Assembly (NCBI GenBank): GCA_051744245.1
Contig: JBNJCV010000001.1
Coordinates: 1 to 59,029 of the forward strand
Direction of reading: 5' to 3'
Origin: Actinomycetota bacterium
GTDB lineage: Bacteria; Actinomycetota; Humimicrobiia; Humimicrobiales; Humimicrobiaceae
Length of the DNA stretch: 59,029 bases
Shown piece after piece: positions 46,287-54,829 of the stretch (position 1 is the first letter of the stretch; the number at the start of each line of letters is the position of its first letter). Below the pieces are notes generated by a model. That model was given only the letters and a program-made list of their open reading frames with translations. It had not been told where the DNA came from and ran no database searches. Made by a program: the position numbers and the translations under genes.

Positions 46287-47105
46287 ATGGCTAATAAAAG
46301 TGAGAGTGAATACAGAAAAGATATAATAGAAGTTTGCAAAAGGATTTACCAGAAAGGGTGGGTTGCCGCCAATGACGGAAATGTATCCGTAAAGCTGGGA
46401 GATAACCTTGTACTATGTACCCCTACAGGGATGAGCAAGGGTTACCTTACCACTGACCAGCTGGTAAAAGTGGATTTAAATGGGAACAAGATAGAAGGCG
46501 AGCTGGAGCCTTCTTCAGAGGTAAAGATGCATATAGATGTCTATAAAAACCGTAGTGACATAAATTCGGTAGTGCATGCTCATCCCCCTACGGCAACAGG
46601 GTTTGCGGTAGCCGGGGAGGCATTGGACCAATGTGTTATTCCTGAAGTAATAATTTCCCTTGGCTCAGTACCGCTGGCTAAATTCGGGACTCCTTCAACC
46701 CAGGAAATACCTGATAACATAAGGGGATATTTGCCAAAGCATAATGTGTTTTTACTGGAAAACCACGGTGCCCTGTCTATAGGCCCTGATGTTTATAAAG
46801 CTTATTACAGGATGGAAAGCCTGGAATTGTTTGCAAAGATATATCTTACCGCAAAGCAGATAGGCCAGGTAAATGTGTTAAGCGAGGAAAATGTTGAAAG
46901 AATGGTACAGCTAAGACAGGATTGGGGAATGGATGAGCATTATGCAGGATGCAGGATTAACGGAACGGTTGTAGATCAGGTAAATTATAATGACAAGGGT
47001 ACAGGTAGTGACAATGACGGTGATGAAATGATTACTATAAGTAAAAAGGAGCTTACTTCCCTTATTTCAAATATTGTTTCCAATATCGTAAATAAAGGTG
47101 GTTAA
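46287..47105 (+). CDS. Class II (Zn-dependent) aldolase/epimerase family protein, FucA-like, with C-terminal extension
   Basis: FucA-type residues: SSEVKMH (Glu), VVHAHPP (2 His) and LLENHGALSIG (His). A C-terminal tail of about 55 aa ends in the amphipathic helix KKELTSLISNIVSNIVNK. Confidence 0.85.
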   Translation: MANKSESEYRKDIIEVCKRIYQKGWVAANDGNVSVKLGDNLVLCTPTGMSKGYLTTDQLVKVDLNGNKIEGELEPSSEVKMHIDVYKNRSDINSVVHAHPPTATGFAVAGEALDQCVIPEVIISLGSVPLAKFGTPSTQEIPDNIRGYLPKHNVFLLENHGALSIGPDVYKAYYRMESLELFAKIYLTAKQIGQVNVLSEENVERMVQLRQDWGMDEHYAGCRINGTVVDQVNYNDKGTGSDNDGDEMITISKKELTSLISNIVSNIVNKGG

Positions 47106-47171
47106 CCCTATAAAAAAATAAAATTTCATTTATAATGATAAAATCGTAAACCAATAAAAAAGGAGAGAAAA

Positions 47172-47447
47172 ATGGCAGGAGAAGCAATCGGATTAATTGA
47201 AACAAGAGGACTTGTAGGATCAGTTGAAGCGGCAGACTCAATGGTAAAAGCTGCAAATGTTACCCTAATGGGGCAGGAAAGAATCGGCGGAGGTCTGGTA
47301 ACTGTGTTAGTTAAGGGCGATGTTGGCGCGGTTAAGGCAGCAGTTGATGCTGGCGCAGCCGCAGCTAAAAGAGTAGGGGAGCTGCTTTCAGTACATGTTA
47401 TCCCTAGGCCGCACCAGGATCTTGATTTGATTTTACCTAGTGAGTAA
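47172..47447 (+). CDS. BMC hexamer shell protein (BMC-H, PduA/EutM-like)
   Basis: 91 aa: [42 protein letters not shown]. Strong AAAGGAGAG RBS. Confidence 0.95.
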   Translation: MAGEAIGLIETRGLVGSVEAADSMVKAANVTLMGQERIGGGLVTVLVKGDVGAVKAAVDAGAAAAKRVGELLSVHVIPRPHQDLDLILPSE

Positions 47448-47480
47448 AAAAATTGTTAATTAAAAGAGAGGTATTTTAAA

Positions 47481-48467
47481 GTGGATACCGAAAAATTAAT
47501 CAGAGATGTAGTGGTTAGTGTAATGAAGCGGCTGGAAAATGAAGAAGTACCTCAAACCAGGGCTAAATCTAGCCAGATTTCAAATCAGGAAGACAAGGTG
47601 AAGGTTTCAGGCCGAAAGGTGGTTTGCGGAGTATCTGTAAGGCATGTCCACTTGTGCAGGGAGCATTTGGAGATACTTTTTGGCAAAGGCTATGAGCTGA
47701 GCGAGCTAAGGGAACTTTACAATCCCGGATTTGCAGCTAAAGAGACAGTAACGATAGTAGGTCCTAAATTAAATGCTATCCAGAATATCAGGGTATTGGG
47801 ACCCCTGAGAAGCAAATCACAGGTAGAATTGGCCAAAACTGATTGTGTTATCTTAGGAATTGATGCTCCAGTAAGGCCTTCCGGCAGTGTGGAAGGCAGT
47901 GCTTCGGCGGTAGTAGTTGGGCCTAAAGGTGTGGTTTACCTCAAAGAAGGAGTAATACGGGCAAACCGCCATATGCACATGTGTCCCGATGATGCGCAAT
48001 ATTTTGGCTTAAGCGATAATGATAAAGCGGATGTGAGGATCCCAGGCCCAAAGGGCCTTACCTTTAATAATGTCCAGGTTAGGGTATCAGCGGATTTTAA
48101 AACAGAGATGCATGTAGATACAGATGATGCCAATGCTGCAGATATTGTAAACGGCACCTTGGTGGACATAGTGGATGCCTCATGCATTGCACCGCTTGAA
48201 GCGCAGATGGCCGAGAAAAATGGTACCCCGCCAAGCATACCTGACGGAAGTTTTGCCGGGGAGATAACAGATACAAATGTTGCCCAAAGTATTAGAAGCA
48301 GCATGGCAGGAAAACAGGACGGCCAGCAGCCTTCCGCAAAAAAGATAGTTATTACAGTGGAAAATCTGGATGAATACAAGGATAGCGGGATAAAGCTATC
48401 GGATAATGTAATCCTTTCTCCGCTGGCTAGGGATGAAGCTAAGGAAAGAGGTATTAAGATTTATTGA
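47481..48467 (+). CDS. pduL: Phosphate acyltransferase PduL with N-terminal encapsulation-peptide-like helix and a C-terminal extension of about 110 aa
   Basis: Two PduL repeats with GVSVRHVHL and ANRHMHM. The N-terminus is EKLIRDVVVSVMKRL plus a linker. GTG start after AGAGAGG. Confidence 0.88.
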   Translation: MDTEKLIRDVVVSVMKRLENEEVPQTRAKSSQISNQEDKVKVSGRKVVCGVSVRHVHLCREHLEILFGKGYELSELRELYNPGFAAKETVTIVGPKLNAIQNIRVLGPLRSKSQVELAKTDCVILGIDAPVRPSGSVEGSASAVVVGPKGVVYLKEGVIRANRHMHMCPDDAQYFGLSDNDKADVRIPGPKGLTFNNVQVRVSADFKTEMHVDTDDANAADIVNGTLVDIVDASCIAPLEAQMAEKNGTPPSIPDGSFAGEITDTNVAQSIRSSMAGKQDGQQPSAKKIVITVENLDEYKDSGIKLSDNVILSPLARDEAKERGIKIY

Positions 48468-48497
48468 TAAAAAGTTTTAAAAAACAGGGGGTAAGAT

Positions 48498-49916
48498 GTG
48501 GCTATAGATGAAAAAACGGTTGAAAAAATAGTAAGGAGTGTAGTGGATAACCTGGCTGGCAGCCAAAATGCTAGCAGCTTAAAGGCTTCGTCTATTGCTA
48601 CTTCTAAAGATGGCTTATTTGACAATATAGAAGATGCAATTAAGGCAGCTAAAACAGCCCAGCAGAAGCTTTCTGCCATGGGAAAAGATATAAGGTATAA
48701 GATTGTTGACTCCATAAAGGAAGCCTGCAGGGAGCATGTTGAAAGGCTGGCCAGGATTACAGTAGATGAAACTGAGATGGGAAATTATGAAGACAAGGTT
48801 TTAAAGGTTCAAGTTTCCATTGACTATTCAGTGGGTCCTGAAGACCTGGAAATAGAAACATACAGCAGTGACAGCGGGACCCAGACTTTTGAAATGGCGC
48901 CCTGGGGGGTAATTGGGGCAATAACACCTATGACCAATCCGACGCCTATGATTATAAATAATTCAATAGTTATGATATCAGCAGGAAATTCTATTGTTTT
49001 TCTTCCCCATCCAAAGGCTAATAAGTGCACCCTGGAAGCCTTCAAGATTGTGCACCAGGCTATAGTGGATGCGGGAGGACCACCCAATCTTATAACCGCT
49101 ACCAGGGAAGCGAAAATAAAGAATGTTTCTAATATTTTTAAAAGCCCGGATGTGGACATGATATGCGCAACTGGGGGCCCTGCAATTGTGGAGCTTTCCA
49201 TGAAAAGCGGGAAAAAGGCGATTGGTGCAGGACCTGGCAATCCACCGGTGATCGTAGATGATACTGCTGATATTGCCAAAGCAGCAGAAGAGATAGCATT
49301 TGGAGCTGCATTTGACAATAATGTACTGTGCAATGATGAAAAAATAATAATCCTTATGCGCAGCATTGCCGATAAGTTTTTGTCTGAAATTGCCAGGCAC
49401 AATACAGTAGTCCTCAATGCTGACCAGGCTTCTAAGGTTACAGATTTAGTGGTAAAGGATAATGAGATAGTCAAAGAGCTGATGGGAAAAGACTGCACGG
49501 TTCTCCTTAAGAGGGCAGGAGCAGATGTTGGGGGGCAGCCTAAGCTGGCAGTGTTTGTGGCAGACTCTGAATCGCATCCGCTGGTTCAGCATGAACAGCT
49601 TCTGCCGGTGGTTCCTATACTGCTGGTGGACACTTTTGAGGAAGCAGTGGAAATTGCGGTAAGAGTTGAGCATGGCTTTAAGCATACTGCAATGATACAT
49701 TCAAACAACTTGGAGAGGATAACTAATTTCGGGCAGAGAATTGGTACCACGAATTATATAGTAAACGGCCATTCCCAGAGGAGTGCCGGTAAAGTTTCTG
49801 AAGGCGGAACAGCCTGGACTTTGGCTGGAGCTACAGGAGAAGGACATGCTTCACCAAGAACGTTTACCAGGCAGAGGAAGATCACTTTTTACGGTTCCAT
49901 GAATTTTGTGAAATAA
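48498..49916 (+). CDS. CoA-acylating aldehyde dehydrogenase (PduP/EutE family) with N-terminal encapsulation-peptide-like helix
   Basis: N-terminus EKTVEKIVRSVVDNL plus a Ser-rich linker. ALDH core with the catalytic Cys context AFDNNVLCNDEK. Confidence 0.9.
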   Translation: MAIDEKTVEKIVRSVVDNLAGSQNASSLKASSIATSKDGLFDNIEDAIKAAKTAQQKLSAMGKDIRYKIVDSIKEACREHVERLARITVDETEMGNYEDKVLKVQVSIDYSVGPEDLEIETYSSDSGTQTFEMAPWGVIGAITPMTNPTPMIINNSIVMISAGNSIVFLPHPKANKCTLEAFKIVHQAIVDAGGPPNLITATREAKIKNVSNIFKSPDVDMICATGGPAIVELSMKSGKKAIGAGPGNPPVIVDDTADIAKAAEEIAFGAAFDNNVLCNDEKIIILMRSIADKFLSEIARHNTVVLNADQASKVTDLVVKDNEIVKELMGKDCTVLLKRAGADVGGQPKLAVFVADSESHPLVQHEQLLPVVPILLVDTFEEAVEIAVRVEHGFKHTAMIHSNNLERITNFGQRIGTTNYIVNGHSQRSAGKVSEGGTAWTLAGATGEGHASPRTFTRQRKITFYGSMNFVK

Positions 49917-49945
49917 AAACCTGATTTCGAAAGGAGTTCTAACCG

Positions 49946-50329
49946 ATGAATGGCGACGCCATAGGATTAATAGAGACCAGAGGTTTGGTAGGCTCAACTG
50001 AGGCGGCAGACACCATGGTAAAGTCTGCCAATGTTAAGCTAATTGGCAAGGCTTATGTGGGCAGCGGATATGCAGCAGTTATGGTTTCCGGTGATGTTGG
50101 AGCTGTAAAAGCTGCAGTTGATTCAGGCTCTGCGGCAGCCAAGAGAGTAGGGGAAATTATAAGTGTGCATATAATACCCAGGCCTCATCCGGATATAGAA
50201 AAAATTATTAGCGGCAAGGCTGTAAGGTCAGGAAGGGGAACTTTCCCCAAGTCCAGAACCCCCAAGCATAGAGGTGGTTCTAAAGGCAGCAAGAAGGGCG
50301 GAGGCTCTAAGGGCAAAAAAAAGAAATAA
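49946..50329 (+). CDS. BMC-H shell protein with Lys/Gly-rich basic C-terminal tail
   Basis: The BMC domain ([27 protein letters not shown]..) is followed by [34 protein letters not shown]. Confidence 0.9.
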   Translation: MNGDAIGLIETRGLVGSTEAADTMVKSANVKLIGKAYVGSGYAAVMVSGDVGAVKAAVDSGSAAAKRVGEIISVHIIPRPHPDIEKIISGKAVRSGRGTFPKSRTPKHRGGSKGSKKGGGSKGKKKK

Positions 50330-50343
50330 GGCGGAATTAGCTT

Positions 50344-50892
50344 ATGGAAAAATCTATAGGAATAGTAGAATTCCGTAGCATTGCAATCGGAATAAGCGCT
50401 ATAGACAAAATAGTTAAGGCATCAGATGTCAGGATAGTTGATGCCAAAACCATGTGCCCTGGAAAATACTATATTATTTTTTCGGGCAGCGTTAGTGCTG
50501 TTTCTAATTCCATGAATATTATTAGAGAAGAAGAAGAGACGTTTATCATAGATTCAGTTAATATATCCAATGTTTATCCTGAGATATATCCAGCTATGTT
50601 TCAGACAGCCAAGATAGGAGAATGGAAAGCAATAGGGGTAATAGAAACCATAACCTCGCCATCTATATTTGCAGCAGCAGATGCTGCAGTTAAGGCAACT
50701 TCTATAGATTTAGTGGAGATAAGGGTGGCCAGGGCCCTTGGCGGAAAAAACATGGTAATAATTAACGGGGATGTATCTTCTGTAAATGAAGCCATAAGGG
50801 CAGGTATAAGTTATCCGCAAAAAAAGGATTTTTTAGTAGACTACAGGGTAATAGCATCACCACATAAAGATTTATACAGGGCAATAATGTAG
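50344..50892 (+). CDS. Tandem-domain BMC shell protein (BMC-T), second PduT-like paralog
   Basis: 182 aa with two BMC domains. The first carries TMCPGKYY, the PduT-type pore Cys. Confidence 0.85.
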   Translation: MEKSIGIVEFRSIAIGISAIDKIVKASDVRIVDAKTMCPGKYYIIFSGSVSAVSNSMNIIREEEETFIIDSVNISNVYPEIYPAMFQTAKIGEWKAIGVIETITSPSIFAAADAAVKATSIDLVEIRVARALGGKNMVIINGDVSSVNEAIRAGISYPQKKDFLVDYRVIASPHKDLYRAIM

Positions 50893-50894
50893 TT

Positions 50895-52175
50895 ATGAAA
50901 GTTAATTTAGATTATGGAAGCAAAAAACTGGGAATTGATATTCCCGATAAAAATTTACTTTATATACTGGAAACTAAACCAGTAGAGCCTATTGCCAATC
51001 CCAAGCAAAAAATCATTGACTCCCTTTACCATCCAATAAATTCACCACCTTTAGGGGACCTGGTGGGAAACAGCCAGGATATCTGCATAGTTATTTCAGA
51101 TATAACCCGGGCAGCACCTACAAAACTTATTTTGCAGGCTTTGCTTTCTGAGCTGGCTACTTTTGGAATAGGCAGGGATAAGATTACCATACTTATAGCA
51201 ACCGGGCTGCACAGGCCTAATGTTGGAGAAGAGCTGGAGCAGCTGGTTGGAAAAGAAATCAAGGAAAATTACAGGATTGTCAACCATAATGCAAGGGATA
51301 GGAGTTCCTGCAAAAATATTGGTAAAACCAAGAGGGGCACTCCGGTAATTTTAGACAGAGTATACCTGGATGCAGATTTCAGGATACTTACCGGGCTGAT
51401 TGAGCCCCATTTTATGGCCGGATTTTCCGGCGGGAGAAAAGCCATATGCCCGGGCATAAGTTATATGGATATGTTCAAGCATTTCCATGGCCCGCCCATA
51501 CTGGAATCCCCTAATGCTACAACCGGGGTGCTGGAAGGAAATCCCTTCCATGAAGAAGCAACAGAGATTGCAAAGATGGCGGGTGTAGATTTTATAGTAA
51601 ATGCAACCATAAACAAGGAAAAACAAACTACTGGCATCTTTAGCGGGGACTTGGAAGAAGCTCACCGCAAGGGAGCAGAATTCTGCCTTAAATCAAGCCA
51701 GTGCAGCATAAGAGAAGAAGCAGACATAGTTATAACTACAGGCGGAGGGCTTCCCTTGGATGCTACCCTTTACCAGGCAGTTAAGGGCATGGTGGGCTGC
51801 TTGCCTGCAGTTAAAAAGGGCGGAATGATAGTAGTGGCCTCTGAATGCAAAGAAGAGATTGGAAGCAAGGAATTTACAGACCTTCTAACAGGGGAGGAAG
51901 ATTTAGATAAGTTCATGGATAGGATTTGCAATACAGATTATTTTGAGATTGACCAGTGGGAGCTTGAGGAGTTGGTTAAGGCAAGGAAAAAAGCTGACAT
52001 TTATTTTTACAGCGATTGTATCCTAAATTGTTCTTACAGCATTCCCCCCAATACATTAAAAACAATTAATTCCATTCAGGAAACAATTGGTGCAGGCTTA
52101 AAAAAATACGGTGAGAATGCTAAGATTACGGTGATTCCGGAAGGGCCTTATGTGATTCCTGTTTTGGAAGAATAA
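50895..52175 (+). CDS. larA: LarA-family nickel-pincer-dependent 2-hydroxyacid racemase/epimerase (lactate racemase-like)
   Basis: 426 aa. LarA landmarks are ATGLHRP (His), EPHFMAGFSGGRK (His plus the cofactor-tethering Lys) and an FKHFHG His. Confidence 0.85.
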   Translation: MKVNLDYGSKKLGIDIPDKNLLYILETKPVEPIANPKQKIIDSLYHPINSPPLGDLVGNSQDICIVISDITRAAPTKLILQALLSELATFGIGRDKITILIATGLHRPNVGEELEQLVGKEIKENYRIVNHNARDRSSCKNIGKTKRGTPVILDRVYLDADFRILTGLIEPHFMAGFSGGRKAICPGISYMDMFKHFHGPPILESPNATTGVLEGNPFHEEATEIAKMAGVDFIVNATINKEKQTTGIFSGDLEEAHRKGAEFCLKSSQCSIREEADIVITTGGGLPLDATLYQAVKGMVGCLPAVKKGGMIVVASECKEEIGSKEFTDLLTGEEDLDKFMDRICNTDYFEIDQWELEELVKARKKADIYFYSDCILNCSYSIPPNTLKTINSIQETIGAGLKKYGENAKITVIPEGPYVIPVLEE

Positions 52176-52225
52176 ATTATAACTTTTATAAATCAAAATT
52201 TAAGTTGGATACGGAGACTTTAAAC

Positions 52226-53602
52226 ATGGAAGAGAAACAAGTAAAAAAAATAGAAGAAATAGTAGGAAAAGATTCGGCAATAACTGAAGTAGAAGACCGT
52301 ATTGCCTATGGCTATGATTCAACCAGGCTTGAATATCTCCCTGACATAATTGTCAAGGTTAAAAACACAGAACAAGTAAGTAATATATTAAAATTTGCCA
52401 ATGAATACAGTATCCCGGTTACCCCCCGGGGAGCTGCTACCGGGCTTAGCGGCGGCTGCTTGCCGGTTAAAGGAGGGATACTTCTGGTAATGGTGGGCAT
52501 GAACAAAATCTATGATGTCAACCCCGTGGACTTGCTGGTAGATGTTGAGGCAGGGGTAATAACCGAGGCCGTGGACAAGAAGGTAGCGCCTTTTGGTTTG
52601 TTTTATCCACCTGATCCCGGAAGCTTGAGCAGTTCCACTATTGGCGGTAATATAGCTGAGAATGCGGGAGGCTTGAGGGGCTTAAAATATGGTGTTACCA
52701 AGGATTATGTAAATGGAATGGAAGTGGTGCTTCCCACGGGGGAAGTAACCCAGCTGGGCACCAGAACTGTCAAAGGAGTTACCGGATACAACCTTAAGGA
52801 TTTAATAGTGGGCTCTGAAGGAACATTGGGAGTAGTCACCAGGGCTACCCTTAACCTGCTGCCTATTCCCCCCGAAAGGGCAAGTTTGCTTGCATTGTTT
52901 TCAAAGCTTACAGATGCTGCCAAAGCAGTAAGGGGTATAGTCTCTGAAGGGGTAATTACTTCTACTCTTGAGATTATAGATAATGTTACCATTAATGCCA
53001 TTGAGGATTACCTGAAGGTAGGATTGGACAGAGATACAGGAGCAATGCTGCTAATTGAAGTAGATGGCCAGAAAGGGGCCGTGGAGATTGAAGCAGAAAT
53101 AGTTAAAAAAGTATGCAAAAAAAATAATGCTACTTCCTGTGAACTAGCTACTTCCGGCAGGCAGAGGGACTCTTTATGGGCTGCAAGGAGGGCTGCGCTA
53201 TCATCACTTGCCAGGGTTAAGCCTTCAACTATACTTGAGGATGCCACCATACCCAGAAGCAAGATAGTGGAGCTGGTAGAAGCGGTAAACAGGGTTGCTG
53301 AAAAATACGGGTTGAGGATTGGTACTTTTGGCCACGCGGGAGATGGAAATTTGCACCCCACCATACTTACTGATTTAAGGATAGAAAAGGAGGCTGAAAA
53401 GGTTGAAAAAGCAGTGGAGGAAATTTTTGAAGAGACAGTAAAGCTGGGAGGAACTTTATCCGGTGAGCATGGTATTGGGATAACCAAAGCAAAGTATTTA
53501 AAGATGGAAGTTCAGCCGGAGGCTTTTGAGCTTATGAAGAGGGTAAAAAAGGCTTTTGATCCTAATAATATACTTAATCCCGGTAAAATGAGTTTTGAAT
53601 AA
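52226..53602 (+). CDS. FAD-linked oxidase, GlcD / D-lactate dehydrogenase-like
   Basis: FAD-binding PCMH domain (PVTPRGAATGLSGG) and C-terminus GTLSGEHGIG..FDPNNILNPGK. ATG at 52226 lies 9 nt after GGAG; the ORF track has TTG at 52205. Confidence 0.88.
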   Translation: MEEKQVKKIEEIVGKDSAITEVEDRIAYGYDSTRLEYLPDIIVKVKNTEQVSNILKFANEYSIPVTPRGAATGLSGGCLPVKGGILLVMVGMNKIYDVNPVDLLVDVEAGVITEAVDKKVAPFGLFYPPDPGSLSSSTIGGNIAENAGGLRGLKYGVTKDYVNGMEVVLPTGEVTQLGTRTVKGVTGYNLKDLIVGSEGTLGVVTRATLNLLPIPPERASLLALFSKLTDAAKAVRGIVSEGVITSTLEIIDNVTINAIEDYLKVGLDRDTGAMLLIEVDGQKGAVEIEAEIVKKVCKKNNATSCELATSGRQRDSLWAARRAALSSLARVKPSTILEDATIPRSKIVELVEAVNRVAEKYGLRIGTFGHAGDGNLHPTILTDLRIEKEAEKVEKAVEEIFEETVKLGGTLSGEHGIGITKAKYLKMEVQPEAFELMKRVKKAFDPNNILNPGKMSFE

Positions 53603-53629
53603 AAATTATAATATAGTTAAGGCAGAGCA

Positions 53630-54814
53630 ATGGTTAAAACTAAAAAAACAAATATATCGGCAAAGGCAGATGAACTGTTTAACTGCAGCAGGTGCGGAAA
53701 TTGCCTGGCGGTTTGCCCGATTTATAAAAATACTTTAGATGAGAGTGCGTCTCCCAGGGGCAAGCTCAGCTTAATTGAGGCTTTAAATAATGGGGTAATT
53801 GGGGCTACAGGCAGGCTTTCTGAAAAATTATATACCTGTACCCTTTGCAATTATTGCACTAATGAGTGCCCCAGCGGGATAGCGGTAAAGGAACTGTTTG
53901 AGACAATAAGGCTGGACCTGGTTGACAGTCACAGGTATCCGGAAGTATTGGACATGTTAAAGCAGAGAATATCCAGCGGGAAAAATGTTACTTTTGATAC
54001 CAATGAGGGAAGGCTGGACTGGGTAAAGCAGCTTCCCGGCAAAAGTCCACAGGATTTTTTAAAAGAGAGGGCTGAAGTAATATATTTTGTGGGATGCGTT
54101 TCATCTTTTTCACCCAGGACTTTCTCCATACCCAGGGCTATAGTTAAGCTTTTAGAGCATGCGGATGTTAACTTTGGACTTTTAGGGGAAGATGAATGGT
54201 GCTGTGGTTTTCCCCTCCTTAGTTCAGGAATGAGGGATGAGGCCACAGAGCTTGCTAGCTATAATATCAAGAAAGTGGAAGAGGCGGGAGCAAAAACCCT
54301 TATAACTTCTTGCCCTACCTGTTTCCATACCTGGAAGGATGAATACCCGGAGATAGCGGACAGAAAGCAGCCTTTTAAGGTGATGCACATCTCAGAATAT
54401 TTACTGGATCTTGTAAAGAAAAATAAGTTAAAGCTAAATCCCCTGGATTTGTCTGTAACCTACCATGACCCTTGTGACTTGGGCAGAAATTCAGGAGTCT
54501 ATGAAGCCCCTAGAGAGTTAATAAAAAGCATTCCCGGCATCAAGTTTGTAGAGCTGGAATTAAACCGTGAAATGGCAAATTGCTGCGGGGGCGGGGGGAA
54601 TCTGGAATCAATAAATGCGCCCCTGGCAGCAAGCATAGCAAACAGCAAGGCAGAAGAAATTATCGGCACAGGAGTAGATGCGGTGATATCTGCCTGCCAG
54701 CAGTGCGAGCGTACCATTGCTACAGCACTGAAGAAGAAAAAAAAGGAATTAAAGAAGAAAATCAAAGTATGGGACGTGGCAGAACTTTTGTTAAAAAGTG
54801 TTGAATCTAAATAA
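53630..54814 (+). CDS. Fe-S oxidoreductase with two CCG domains (GlcF/HdrD/LutA-like)
   Basis: 2x[4Fe-4S] motifs CSRCGNCLAVCP and CTLCNYCTNECP. CCG-type motifs are FVGCVSSF..CCGFP and YHDPCDLGR..CCGGGG. Confidence 0.85.
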   Translation: MVKTKKTNISAKADELFNCSRCGNCLAVCPIYKNTLDESASPRGKLSLIEALNNGVIGATGRLSEKLYTCTLCNYCTNECPSGIAVKELFETIRLDLVDSHRYPEVLDMLKQRISSGKNVTFDTNEGRLDWVKQLPGKSPQDFLKERAEVIYFVGCVSSFSPRTFSIPRAIVKLLEHADVNFGLLGEDEWCCGFPLLSSGMRDEATELASYNIKKVEEAGAKTLITSCPTCFHTWKDEYPEIADRKQPFKVMHISEYLLDLVKKNKLKLNPLDLSVTYHDPCDLGRNSGVYEAPRELIKSIPGIKFVELELNREMANCCGGGGNLESINAPLAASIANSKAEEIIGTGVDAVISACQQCERTIATALKKKKKELKKKIKVWDVAELLLKSVESK

Positions 54815-54829
54815 ATGGAGGTAAAAAAA

